Notes under the pieces: generated by a model | Told to the model about the DNA's origin: nothing | Database searches by the model: none | Seen by the model: the letters and a program-made list of their open reading frames with translations, nothing else | Source of the DNA: Amoebophrya sp. A120 | Taxonomy: Eukaryota > Protista > Dinoflagellata | Direction: 5' to 3' | DNA length: 64,000 bases | Assembly: GCA_905178155.1 (NCBI GenBank) | Contig: CAJINV010000003.1 | Coordinates: forward strand, 10,113,979 to 10,177,978 | Made by a program: the position numbers and the translations under genes | Shown here: positions 39,091 through 52,400 of the stretch, in pieces | Position numbering within the stretch: the first letter of the stretch is position 1 | Layout: the number at the start of each line of letters is the position of its first letter

Positions 39091-39897
39091 CTAGCCAGGT
39101 ATGTTGCTTCGCCTGTGGAAGTGTGAAACAAAATTCAATATTATTCCGCTAGACCGAAAAACAAAAAAAAAGCCAGAACAGGAACTCAAAAATAAAAAGC
39201 GAAAAGCCAGGGCCAGAAGCAGCCCCGCCCCCTTTGCGGTTGCGGTTGTAAGCAGATCTTGATTGCGGTTGCAGGCAGTTTTTGCGGTTGTAAGGCGTAT
39301 GCGCGGCTGTGCTAACAGCTGTGAGCAGTTGTTGCGGCTGGAGTGGTTTTTGCGCCACTTTTCTGCATACCGTGGCTGTCATTCTTCGTGCCAAATTGTG
39401 CGTAGGTCTCCACAGGCGAGAAGAGTCCCTTGCTTTTCCACCCGACGCAGGCACTGAGTGCCAAGAGGCTGGGGCGTTGTTCTTCCTTCCAGCGCCGCGC
39501 GCGCTTTTTTCGGCCAGCTTTGACGACCTTGCCTCCTATTTTTGTTGCTTGTCGAATTCAAAAGGTTTGCAAGTTCTGTCGTTGGCCCTCATCTTCAAGC
39601 TTTGCCTTTCCTTTTGCTTTCGACTTTCACTTTTTGACTTTAGCCTTTACTGTTAGTCTTTTCCCTTGCTTTTAGTTTTTACCCGCAGCTTAGTTTTTGG
39701 TTTTTGCTTGTAGTTTTTGCGTTTAGTTTTTACTTTTAGTTTTTACTTTTAGTTTTTCCTCTCAGTTTTTTACTTTCCATTTTTACTTTTAGTTTTTACT
39801 TTTAGTTTTTACTTTTAGTTTTTACTTTTTGGCTTTTGCCTTGAAGTTGCGGAATAGTTGTTTGGCCGTCACGAATTTAGTTTTAGCAAGGGATGGA
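39091..39897 (-). mobile_element. Non-autonomous Helitron-like element, copy 2
   Basis: Same A|TC...CTAG|T termini and minisatellite as 35007-35863; similarity stops at these termini. Confidence 0.75.
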
Positions 39898-41237
39898 TTA
39901 TACGCACCCCACACGATTTTTATAATCACTTTGAATATAATGATAATCAGGGATGCAGTGGTGTCCAACTTTCCAGTCACCCCAGGATCCGAAAAAAGGG
40001 GCCGCAGACAGCATTAAGTGGATAAATAAACAGTTCACAGCCAAAGTCTGCGGAGCGAACGACTTTCCCCCGGACTGGGTACTCATCTACAGCGTTGTTT
40101 GTTGCTCTTATCAGACACGATGAGGATGTGTGTATGTCGGAGGATCTTCGAGCAAGATTGATAGTGAGGTAGGAGATGGAGTTCGTCTTCTGCGCACCGT
40201 GGTGAGCATTGAGCAATAATCCCATGAGATTGAAGATTTGTTTGTTGCCGCCAGACAGGGGATAAACTTAATCGTCACAACCAACGTACTAGGTGCAAAT
40301 GTTTGAGAAGTGCTTCGAAGAAGGCCGCGCAAACCCAAAGTTGGAACCTTATGGGATTCTCAAACGTAACACTCTCCGCTGGTTTTACATGATTGTCATT
40401 CAGAAAAGTCACTAAGTAGTAGTATCACGCTGACGCTTCAGCTTCACACGATCAAGCTTCTTCGCGTGATAAGTTCTCGACGCGCTAAATAGCATGAGAA
40501 TCCGCACCAAATCTGTAGGTGCAAGATGCGCAAGGTCCTCCCTTTCCCGTTCACCTTTGTGATTTTTGCATCAAAAAACGCATGTTTGTAACAGCTGAGA
40601 GCTTAACGCTTGAGAACGCCATAAACCTAGCACGATATTTGTCGCGTGCAGTAGACCACCAGAGGACAAAGAGGCAGTCTTCGCAGCCATGGAGGGTAAG
40701 GGCGTCCCGATACAAGCACTAGCATTTGACGAAGCGATGGAAGATGATGCTGAGTGCAAAAGATTTTTTGCCGACTTGTGCGGGGATAAAGGTAGGAGCA
40801 CGTACAGATACTAAGTAGCCTATGACACTAAAACTTTTATGTGTACTCATTTAAATTTCCGCTTTTTGTGGTTTGTTCTTGTTGGTAGAGACAAGATTTA
40901 TAGAAAGAAAAGACCTACTCCCCGCGACCGCGGCGTCTTCGGGCAACGGGGAGGACTGTTGTAATTGGATTTTTTACAACGACAGCACCCCGATGAAGCC
41001 TTAACTTTGAGACGTCAACCCGTCAACGGCCGACACACCAAATGCCACCTGCTGCACTTCTGGTTTCCTTGATTTGGGCTTTCGGGTTTTTGAGGGTTCG
41101 GGGTTGGATAGTGTCGTCGGGCAGGGCTGCCCTCTCCGGTGATCCCTGAGATTTCTCCACGGCATCCGCTGCAAATGCAATTCGTGTAACGCCTGAATTG
41201 TTGCGTGAAGCGCGCGCTAAGTTAAACTCCGCCCGGC

Positions 41238-41283
41238 TGCCGCTAGCCTGCCGCTAGCCTGCCGCTAGCCTGCCGCTAGCCCG
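41238..41283. repeat. 11-bp tandem repeat (TGCCGCTAGCC x4)
   Basis: Directly visible. Confidence 0.9.
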
Positions 41284-41705
41284 CCGGCTGGCTGCCGTTC
41301 TGCTCATGGCAGAGCCCTACAGCAGGTAGCCTCCACCGCCCCGTCTCCTGGCAAAATCGCGCGTGCCGCCCTGTGATCCCCCTTAGAAACCTCCGTAAAG
41401 ATCGCCTTCGAGAATCTAGTTAAAAATGCCCCTTGAAGAACTCGGCTTTTCGGCACGAATCGTCACGCTACGGCCCCGGTTTTATGGCTGCCAAAAATTT
41501 GCGCAAACGCACTCAGAAAAACGCGGTATGCCATCGGCGCAAAAATGAAACCCCGTGGACTCATCGATTCCGCGCCGTCCTTTTTTGAGGGGCTTTCACA
41601 GGGGAAGTATTAGGGGACGGCTTTAAGGCGTTTCGTTTGTAAGAATAAGTAAAGGGTGTCGCCGCGTTGCGTTCAAAGCAACAAGGGAAAAATTTTTCAG
41701 GTGGG

Positions 41706-42175
41706 ATGTTAGTGGATACGAGCTGTAGAGATCTTCTGTACGTTGACAAGTTGCTGAACAACGTGAAGACAAAGAAGAAACAGCTGGAAAAACTGTACTG
41801 CTACGGTCGTCTTTTTTTTTCGTCTTATACAGGAAGAAGTGATCATCATAGAAAATGAAATCAGTAGCAGCACGCAGCACTGACTGCAGCTTTCTTCGTA
41901 CTTCTGACATCTTGTTGCTCTTTGGGATACAAATATCTTACGGCAACAGGCAAAACCAGCTGCTGAAGATGGAGGACTTGACGGATGTCGTCCAAGCGAA
42001 TAAAGAGCTTCTGGCACAGCAAATTTGTTTGGAGAACCTAGTGAAGAACGAGTTTGAAGTGTCAGAAAAGGACCTCTTGAACGCCGACCTGCAACGGGAC
42101 ATGGACGGGAATCTCGTTTTGCCGGAGAGCGTGCAATCATCCATGACCAAGCTCGGCAAGAAAGTCACCTGCTAG
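41706..42175 (+). CDS. Small two-exon coiled-coil hypothetical protein
   Basis: Exons 41706-41794 and 41950-42175 join in frame across a GT-AG intron (KQLEKL-QNQLLKMEDL). Confidence 0.55.
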
Positions 42176-43401
42176 ACGAGAGTACAAAATAAAGACTAGC
42201 GTGTGTAACGTTAGTACGGCTGTAATATGGCTGTATACTTACAGAATCAAATGCAAATCAAAGAGAACAAACAAGTGCAAAGTTCCTAAGTCACCAAATA
42301 CACGAATCCAGTGGACACCTATCGATAAACAAACACAAGAACTACTCGCTTCAAAATAGCCTTTCGATTACAGACCGGCTCCGATTGCGCCAGTAGAAAG
42401 TCAATTGTAAATAGCTACTATGATAAGTAAGATTATGCTTTCCGGCGGACGCGTTCGCGGAATTGGAGAGCAGTCGAAAATGCCCAGAAATTCCTTGTAC
42501 CTTATCTCTAGAGCTTCCAACTTCTTTGTATCTGACACCAGAACTATGAACACAATACCTATACTTACTTGCAGCCGAGCTGGATGCTGGCTTCTCAAAA
42601 ATTTGCAACCACGTGTGGGTTAGATTGTGTTTGAATAGCTTCTCGATCTCTGCCGCGTACATTTCGTGATGATCGCAGAGAGCTCAGCCCCAAGTCGGAT
42701 CCCTTTTTTGCTTTTCGTGCATTTCTCGTGGGCGGCAGCATGATCCATACCTGAGCACGAATGAACTGTCGCGGTCTAGTAACAAATAGAGACAAAATCA
42801 AAATGTGTAAGATGAGGATCGCAGCGAGTCGTCGAACACGTGCTAGTAGAGATCAAAACTTGATGACCAAGTGTACAGCTCCATAGTCGTCCTCGTCGTC
42901 GTGGCGTCGGGGGCGTTATCAAGGACGACTTACATCACTTACTCTACCACAAGAAATGATGGTCATCGAACATTCACGAAGCAGTTTGAAATAGAAAACC
43001 ACAGATACGGAAGTCGTCCACTGAACCAACTGGTATAAAGAGGGTAAGGCTCAACAATTCGCATTGCACCTGCGCCGATCAAGAGCACCGCTCAGGAAAC
43101 TTTCAAGTACATGGTCAGTGGTGACTGAACTTTTTTACACAGCTTCTATGATTTTGACGAAAATTCTGACAGCAGGAGAACAGCATTGCAGCTGCTCTTT
43201 GTTTTTCTCTAACTACCGCACCACCAATTTATGTTATTCAGTTTTAGATTGACATTTAGTCTCAAACCAAGCGAAAGACGAGCATTTTGCTTCTCCACGC
43301 CTCAAACACTACGAGTTTTGAGAAGACGCCGCATCAACTCCGCTTTTATTTCACGAAGTAGCTTCAACTTCTTTTGCACCTCTAGTCTCAGCTTGCAAGC
43401 C

Positions 43402-46400
43402 ATGACGCTTCATCAAGATGACGAATTGGCGACGCCTATCAGAGCCTACATAGACGACGCAGCAGCGAAATCGAGCAACATCGCAGCCGTTCCACTGCCT
43501 GCAGCTGCACCTGGCGCCTCAATGTGCGATGACCCGAAGTACTCAAGTAACTTGTGTCATACTGCTAGACGAGGCCGTGCCACTGTGCTGTCGTTAGACG
43601 CAGAGTGTGATGGGAGCGGTTTAGGTAGGAAATAGATGGAACGCGTCGGAGTGGGAGGGAAGAAAAAGAAAAAAGCGCGCCGCAATGGGGATGCCTGCGT
43701 TCTTCAAAATGTGTGAACGAAGGGAGGAGCAGCGTGGAAAGAATGGACGCAGCGCGCCCGTGGCGCGGCCAGCACCAGGCCAAGCCCGCAAGAGAGGGAA
43801 CGCGGCGGGCAAGGAAGAGTTGCACGAACGGCATTTGCCCTGCCTTATCTTGCCCACCATGCCTTCCTTACTCCGGTGCCTCGCCGCCATGTCTCTCCCT
43901 GTCTTACCTTGCCACCTTGCCGCAGGGCCCGGTCTTGCCTTTCCCCTTTTCCGTTCACCCTTACCTTCGTGCCTAAAAATGTGCCCCGGTGTATAAAGCA
44001 CATACTTTGCTTGCTACCTTGCCTTGCCTCCCCCTGTCTTTCCTCCTTTATGCCCAGTGCACGCCGGCCACCGACGCCGTACTTGGCAGTCTGCCCGTGT
44101 CCTTTCTGTTTGGCACGCCGTACCGGCAAGGCTGCATCCGTGGGTGTGGTTTCGTGGCTGGCAGTGATTCGCCTCCGGAACTGATAATTTGTTTCCACCG
44201 GTGGCGGTGACTTCGATCCAGGATTTGGATTGTTTGGCCCGTTTTTGCTGAATGAAGAGGCGCCGTGGCTGATAAATATGGTGCCCTTTGTTCTCGGCCT
44301 GATTGCTGTCGCCTGGGACTACGACTTGCTTTGCTTTTTTTTTTCCCGATTGCCTGAGAGTGAGACCGTGACTTGCGACTGTCCTCGCGGTTACCTGCGA
44401 AGTGGCAACGGACGGAAGCTGTAGACGGGGACGCCATATGTTTAGCGTCGCGCACTTTTTTAAGGTAAGTCTGAGCGGTTCAGATGTCGCCGTTGTTTCG
44501 CGCACTTGGTAAAAGCCGCCGGCCTGCACAACAGCTGCGAAGCTTTTCGCGACCATTTATTTGCCCTGCCTCTGTACTCGCCGGCAGGCTCGTTTTGGGA
44601 TATATTGTTTGCATTTTTCGTTTTCCGGTTCCAAGGAAGCTTGGTTGCGCTCAATTATATTTTTGTTCCAGCGCCTTTGATCTTTCTCTCTGGCATGTCG
44701 CGCACCTTGGAAGTGGATGCCTTTGCAAGTGCGGCAGCGGCCAAGACGGGTCGCCCTTCGTGGAGACCGGGCTCTGCGAGCGTAAGGCACGCTCTCCGGA
44801 AGGCCGCGACCGCCCCTCATCTCTTCCGTTTTCTGAATTATGTGTAGCTTATTGCGTCCCGGCCAGTCCTGAGGTTGAGGGAGTTCTTTTTCGGATAACC
44901 TATCTGGCCATGTCGGGGCTTGGCCGCGGTTACTCTGCTTGGAGGCAACCGTGATGGCTTCCTTGGCGGACACGTTTCGGAAAACGCCGCACCTGCCGTC
45001 TTGGCCCGTCCAGGTCTTTCCTTGGGCGCCCGGCCTGCTTTTTCCGGGGTCCGCTTCGGCTTCTTTTTCCGCGGCACGCTTTTTGCCTATGCGTACACGC
45101 GCCCGCGTTGACCGCGCTGGCAATTCATTACGTAGCACGACCGCACGCACTTCGTGTTTGAATATATGGTAGCCTGATCTCGATCTGGGTATCTTTAGAT
45201 TTTATTTATTTCTTCATCGTGGAGCGATTTTGTTTTTTATTTTTTCTGCTTTCTCTCTCACAAGAGTCTGATGTTCTGTTCAAGCGCCCGGCCGGTCGAA
45301 ACACTTCTGACCAAGCGCCCCGCCGGTCGAAACACTTTTCTTCTGATGGAGAGTCAGGGTTTGCCGGACTTACGGGTTTAGATTTAGATTAGCATTACAC
45401 GCCCGCTTCGCCGGGAAGTATTCAAGGATAAGATTATATTTATAAGATACCCCACCTGTACTTGTTTACAACAGTTGATGCTGCGCGAGTGCGTTGGCGC
45501 TCCGGGGTCATTCCTTCGTTTGCAACAAAAAAACTACAGGTTTTCTCTTCTTCGGTCGGTTGGCGAAGAGTGCCAAAGTGAGCCGGAGCTGCGCGCATTG
45601 TTGGCGGAGAAGCCGCGGGACTTTGTCCTATATGACGGCTTATGGATTGCAGATATGTCTGAGTCAAAGTTGTAATGCTACGTGTACGTTGCTTGTGACG
45701 AACACGAACCCAACCAACACCAACCCGCTGTGATGCACAGCCGTGCATGATGATGATACTAATTCTAATTGATTTGTGGTAAATTTAAAATCAAATTGGA
45801 ATTTCAAATTGATGAACGACTGATAGTGATACTCTGTCTTGCAATTCCAATTTCCCAGACTCAGACATACTTGCATTTGATACCTCTTCGAGCCGTCCGG
45901 GCGAATGCACATCGCTCAGGGCCTCATGAAGTCCATAAATGTCAACAAGTGCACAAAGGTAACTAAGTTGTGTAAGTTAAATTAATATAGATAATGAGAA
46001 ATTAGAATTGCCTACTTCATAGTCGTGCTAAAGCCGAGACATTGTATAACAGGACGCGTAAAAAAAAAATGGCATTGCTTTGTTGCCATGAAGACGGACA
46101 TGTTTGCTCGCTGACACTGTGGCTCAGGGACACGAGCACCCCACCACGCATTCAAGCTTGAGACCGGACCCTGAGCGGGGATTGATTTTGTAGAGATACA
46201 GAGCTGCTTGACCTATGGCCATGTTCTTCAAATGAAACATTCTACCAGGCTGGAGGGATTTTCAAGTTTTGGGTTGCCGATTGGTTTGGGCTGATGAACA
46301 ACAAAATGGGAGGCGACCTGGAGAAAATCAAGGACGTTGGCAAGTACCTCATCGAGTGCTGGAAGGCTTGCGGAATGAATATGGAGCGGGTGAAGTTCAT

Positions 46401-49400
46401 ATGGACGTCCGAGGCCATTGAACAGAATGCCAAGGAATACTGGACCCAGGTACCATGACTTTTGTCGAGACGGCTGCTCAGCATTTGTGTTTATGTTACA
46501 AAGTAGTCCCTTTTTTTTAGACGGCGGCGTTAAGGACTCCGGCGGGGGCTAGTTACTAGCTACTCTCTGCTTAGTTGCCTAGTGGTCCTCATTGGTGCAG
46601 CTGGCGCTCCGGCGGCCCCCAGAACGCCGCACGTAGTCTTGCTCTTTTTGCGCGCCAGAGAACGGGCACGAGTTGCCTAGATGTAGATTTTGACTTGCCA
46701 GTCCCACGTCCGCACATCGAAGAATAACCCGCGTCGCCTTTCCTCAGTAAGCACAGGCTCGCGACCGGGCGCCGACCGGGGCCTCGAAAGATCGTGGCGG
46801 CCTTTCAAGAAAGTTTTTTGCATATCCCACAGGGGTAGACGAGTTCGAGTTGTGAGCTGGAATCAGAACCAGGCTCAAACTCAACCAGCGGAAGCAAACG
46901 CGCCGCCCGCCCGGCCCTTGTCGTTTTCAGGGGTCAAGCTTCCTGCCCTTGCCAGCGGAAGCAAGCGCGCCACCGGCCCAGCCCTCCGCTTTCGCTTTCA
47001 AGGGGGTCCGCCGGTCCGCCCACAGTGTCAAAGCGAAGTCTGCGCCGTTCTATCTAATTCAAGCGCATCAGGAAGATATTGATATACACAAAAATCATCC
47101 AGATGCTGGACATATCGCGTCTCTCGAGTTTGTGGCGCATAAAAAAGTGCGGTATGATAATGGGCCGAAAGGACGAGGAAGCCTTGTCGGGAGCACAGAT
47201 TCTGTACCCGATCATGCAGTGCACTGACATATTTTTTCTGGACGCGGACATTTGCCAGCTTGGCGTTGACCAGCGAAAAGTCAACATGCTCGCGCGCGAG
47301 TATTGCGACGCGGCTGCAGATGGCCGGATGAAAAACAGACGCAAGCCGATCATTCTGAGCCACCACATGCTCTATGGGCTCTTTGCTGGACAGGAGAAGA
47401 TGAGTAAGTCCAATCCCGACTCCGCCATTTTCATGGAGGATAGCGAGGAGGACGTTCGCCGCAAACTACGAAACGCCTACTGCCCCCGCGAACCCACCGT
47501 CGAGAACTCGTCTAAACAAAGGAAGCTCGAAGAGGAAGCGAAAATCAGATCGGAGCAGCAGACTGCTGCGCAAAACGTGTCGAAGAAAGCCGCGAAGAAA
47601 GCCGCGAAGGGCGGAGGTGGTGGTGGTGCAGGAGATGTTCGCACAGCGGCGAACCAGGCCAGCCTTCTTGCAGAGTTGGAAGACGACAGTATGCAGATAG
47701 CCGACGCTTTTGACGCATTGAAGAACCCAGTGCTAGATTACGTGAAGCACATCGTCTTCGCCGACCCGCAAGCCAAGCCACTCGCGATCAAAGGCAAAAC
47801 TTATTACACCGAGCAGGCTGTCCGGCAAGACTTTTTAGCGAACCAAATCTCGGAAGGCGAGTTGAAAGAGGCCGTTATCGACCGGGTCAATGCATTGCTG
47901 CAAAATGTGCGCTCGGAGTTCCAAAAGAACCCGACCGCCCGGCGCCAGCTGGAGCTGGTGGAGCAGCACAAGCAAGCAGTCACTACTGGCGGGCCCGTCA
48001 AAACAAGTCTCCGCTGTCTTGCACGGAGTGCTGCGGCCACCAACACCGTCGTCTTCCTGCCCCGGCCAAACGTATCACAGGGAAAAGAGTCAGAGCGGCA
48101 TCGTTTCGGCGCAAGACATGACACTTTGTCCTCTTGCATGTCAACCTAAACAGCATGGGCCCCCTAGGCTCGCCCAGGACACCAGATATACGTTTTCGTG
48201 TTTCTGTTCAGCTTGTGTTTCTGTTCAGTGCCCAGACAGTATCTCGCCCACCCAGAGGCGAGCACGCATCATGTTGTTTTTCTGTATATGCATGCTTTTC
48301 TTTTTTTCGCAGCGAAGTGCGTATAGCTTCGCATGGGTCATTGCGCTCTGTGGTGTTTGTGTTTATTATTCTTTGCTTCGCGCGAAAAAAGTAGGAGTAG
48401 CCGGGCCCTCCTTAGGATATGCTTTCTCTCTTCGACGCCGTTAGAGGCCGAGTTTGGACAGAGCTTGGCCCTTACCCGGCAGAGTTCGACGGCTTGATTG
48501 GTTGATGCGGCTCGGTTCTAATCTTCTGAACACTAATGGTGGACAGTTGGCAAGCGTGGTGGACACCAAGCTGACGGGTGTTTGTCCGCAGCTAAAACGT
48601 GCAGCGTTCGGACATATGTGACACGGCTGGCGACCAGCCCAGCAGGTAATTCACCTTGACAAAAATGATCGCGCAGCGCGTTGACAATATTCCCTCGTCC
48701 ACGAAATTTTATCGAAGAAGCCTGCGCTGCATTGCTTTGCTTTTGCACGACCTTCCAACTTGTCAAAGAAGCATGTCTCGCATTTTGCAGCGCGTCGACG
48801 TTCTAGAACTATAGTACCGACTGACTTCTATTTCCGGTGTGATAAAACGCAACGGATATCAATTCCTGTGGCCTTTCTCTCGACGTGGTTCTGCAGACCG
48901 CCGCCACATTGACACAAGCTTACACGGAGGAGGCCGCTGCGATGGCAGCGGAAAAATCTATCAAAACTGACTCTACTGCTGAGGAGTACCTAGTAACGTT
49001 GTATTTAGAAGATTGGAGCAGCTTTGTGCTTAACAAGTACTACCATGCAGAAAGGCACACCCATTCCATACCTTCCTCGTTTGACTATACGTAATTTATA
49101 TATAGGGCGAATTCATCTCATCACGGAAATAAAAGACTGTGATACTGCGCTGCCTGCAAGGGGAGCGCTTTTTGGTCGCGAAAAATGCACCAGAAGGCCA
49201 TGCGGGTTGGAGATCAGGATTGGGCAGAAAAATCTGTATTGCTTTCGCGCTGTGCTTCTTGATGATTGATTTGGACCCGTCGCTCTTGGTGTTGGTCTGG
49301 ACATGATCCCAATTTCTTTCAGCTGCGGGAAAGCTGTCAGTCCCTGACGTTGTCCGGTCGTTTCTTTGGTCGGTCTTGTCCGGCCTAAGTAAAGGGTGTT

Positions 49401-52400
49401 AGTGTCTATTGGTGGTCTGCGGCCTAAGAATGCGTTGGCAAGCGCGGACAACGACAAAAAGCGGAGGTTTCGCGCCACCAAAAAGCATGCCGGGTGAGGG
49501 ACCCCGACCCCCGACCGACGGCGGCCGTAGTGATACATGCGGGGCCAATGCTTCCTGTGTGTGGTTAGACGGTGCAGTTGTTGTACGGAGGACACGTTGC
49601 ATGCCGGGAACGGCCCACGCGAATATCTGCCCGCGGGCTGGCGGAGGGAGCGAGAAAAAAAAAGCGCCCTACGTCGTAGTACTTCGGAGAAAAACGGCTA
49701 TCTATCAATTAGGCCAAATAATTACGTGAAAATGGTAGGGGTGTGCTTTTCTCTTGGATAAATACCAGGGCGATTTTGCGACGTTGGACAACTACCATCG
49801 TCTCTTCCTGAAGTGCTTGAGACTAGTAATCCCGGAAGTGATGGCTTCGGTTCTTCTTCTCCAGCAGTCCGTTGAAATTTGTCGTGACCCGAACAACTAC
49901 TGGATATCCGTCATCGACGTTGGCCGCACCTGCAGTCTCGGCGACGTATGATACAGCTCTGCTTGCTTCCTTAATATATACTAGGGTACCCCCCTGACCA
50001 GTAAAATTAGCGCAAAAAGTTACAGACTGAAGGCCGCGCAATGCGTGCGGCTAGGTACAAAAACCCCGCCCGCGCGTTGTCGTTCTTTCGAAAAAGAAAC
50101 TGCGCGCCGAAAATTCCGGCCAAACGCTAACGCAAAAATCCCCATCGGTGTCGTCCAACCGCGCTTAGGCGCGCAGCCCTTGAAGAGTCCATCGGTAACG
50201 GGCCCCTGTGCATAAAGAATCCATCTCGTCTGTCCCCGCGCGTTGGTGTTCACCGGTCGCAGCGCAGGGCATTAGCCCGTTTACATTTTCCTGCGGCCGA
50301 CCCCGGCTGCCTGCCTGCCCCCGACCGTGTGGCGGCCGTTCCCCGCCCGCTGCCCCCTGGCGGCCCGCCCGCCCTTACCCGCGTGTCCCGCCCCCGCCCA
50401 ACATCACCCTGAGCCCTGTTATGTTGCCTGCCCGCCCCGCTTCTGGGGACGCGACCCCCCCATTCCCCGCCCCCGCCCGCTGCCGCCCGGCCGCCGTACC
50501 GAGCCGCGGCCCGCCGCCCGAGGGGGGTCGTGGCCCCCCCTCTCCCCGCCCCCGCCTGCGGACGCCCCGCGCTGCCGGCCTGCCCGGTCCGCCTTGCTTG
50601 GGCCGCGGCCGCCCGGCGGGCGACCCCGCGCATTCGCCGCCCCCTGCTGTGGCCGCTTGCCCTTTCCGGGCCCGCCGCCGCCCCCCGCCGGCCGGCCCGC
50701 CCCCGCCAGCTGCCGCGCGCCTGCCCGCCCCCGCCTGCGGGCGGCCGCTGCCTGCGTGCCCGCCCCCCCGGCCCGCCCCCGTCCGCGGCCGCCCGCCCGC
50801 GCTCGCGCGCCCCGGGCCGCGCGCGGCCGCCGGGGAGGGGGCGCGGCCCCCCCCATTCCCCGCCCCCAGCAGCTGTCGATCCCTGCCGCCTACCCGCCCG
50901 ACCCGCGGCCGCCGGGGGGGGGGCGCGGCCCTCCATCCCCATTCCCCGCCCCCGCCAACGAACTGCCGGTCGGTCCCTGCCGCCTGCCCGCCCGACCCGC
51001 GGCCTCCGGGGGGGGGCGCGGTCCCGTCCATGCCCCGCCCCCGCCAACTGCCGACCCCGGCATCTTGCCCGCCCGACCCGCGGCCGCCGCCCGGGGGGGC
51101 GCGGCCCCCCCCATTCCCCGCCCCCGCCAGATGCCGTTGTTCCCCGCCGCCTACCCGGCCGGCCCGCGGCCGCCGGGGGGGGCCCGCCCCCCCTTCCCCC
51201 GGCCGCTGGCGCGTCCTGCCGCCTGCCCGCCCGGCCCCCGCCCGCCCGGCCCCGCCGCCCGCCCGGCCCCCCCGCGTGCCTCGCGCATTGCGCGCGCCCG
51301 CGCCGTCTTCAAATTTTTTGCCGTTTTTATGTGGCCCGGGGCTCGTATTAATGTTTATGAGTCATCCGAGCATACTAATTCATGCAGTTCGCTCCGGCTA
51401 CAGTGATCTACCTAAACTTCAATTTTGATTTTACATTGCAACATATACATGAACAACATGTATTAATACTATGCTAGTACGAACTCTTGCATCTATGTTG
51501 CGGTTGTGGTTGTGCAGGAGGTAGCTCCTTGTTTCTGTATCACTTTGACAGGCGTGGAGTAGCTCATTGTAAAGGTATGAGTCGCAATCGTGTAGATAAA
51601 TCTTCGATGAAACTTTGCAGATCCGCGATATGTTGCTGCCTTCCGAAGAGTTCGTGGGGAGTGGGCAAGCCGTCTCGTCGATGATGGGTGTCGCGGATGT
51701 CTTGTCGCTGAGTTGCTTGCCAAGTGGAGCAGCGAGCAGTCCATCCGAGTCTTCGCGCCATGCAGTCAAGATTGTGGCCTGTACGGAAGCGCAAGCGGTG
51801 GCCTTTGAGAAGGCGAGGAATTACATCCAAACGCATATCTTTCCACTGGACGCGGCGGCAAGGCGAGTGGGCCAAGTGGATGTCGTCCGTATCCACAAAA
51901 AAAGACACATCCTCATCCAGTTTGTCATGCAAAACATGCTTAACCACTGCTGGCATTGGTCGCGACATGTGCGTGAGGTTAGCTGTCACAGCTTTGGGTG
52001 ATTGGGCGACGCCAGACCAGCGAGCAAACAGCAGTTGCGGCCACGGCACCAGCTTGCACCGACCTTGGGTCGCTGCGAGCACGCAGGCCGGCATCATCGG
52101 CCGACTGCGTTGTGCCGTGCGTCGCAGCTGCGGCGCGCTCTCTAATCCATGCATCGAGGGGTCGTGACAGTCCCCACACACATCTACTTCTTCTTCTTTC
52201 TTCTTTTCTTCATTTTTCCGAGCTTTTGCTGTCTTTCCGCGCCCCCCTGCCCATGCAGGGGGCCGCCTTTTGTTAGGGTGGGAGGGTGGGAGAAACGACA
52301 ACACGCGCCCGGCGCGCGCCGTTGCCCCTACAGCGGTGTCGCTCCCGTTAGCTGGCAGCGCTTAACCTCATTTCGCTATTGATAGATATGCTGGACGCGA

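Noticed and set aside
50208-51428. Long Pro/Arg/Ala-rich ORFs (406 and 359 aa, and similar ORFs at 29.2-30.0, 32.3 and 53-55 kb)
   Set aside because: By-products of GC-rich repeats that are open in several frames; they lie within introns or mobile elements.
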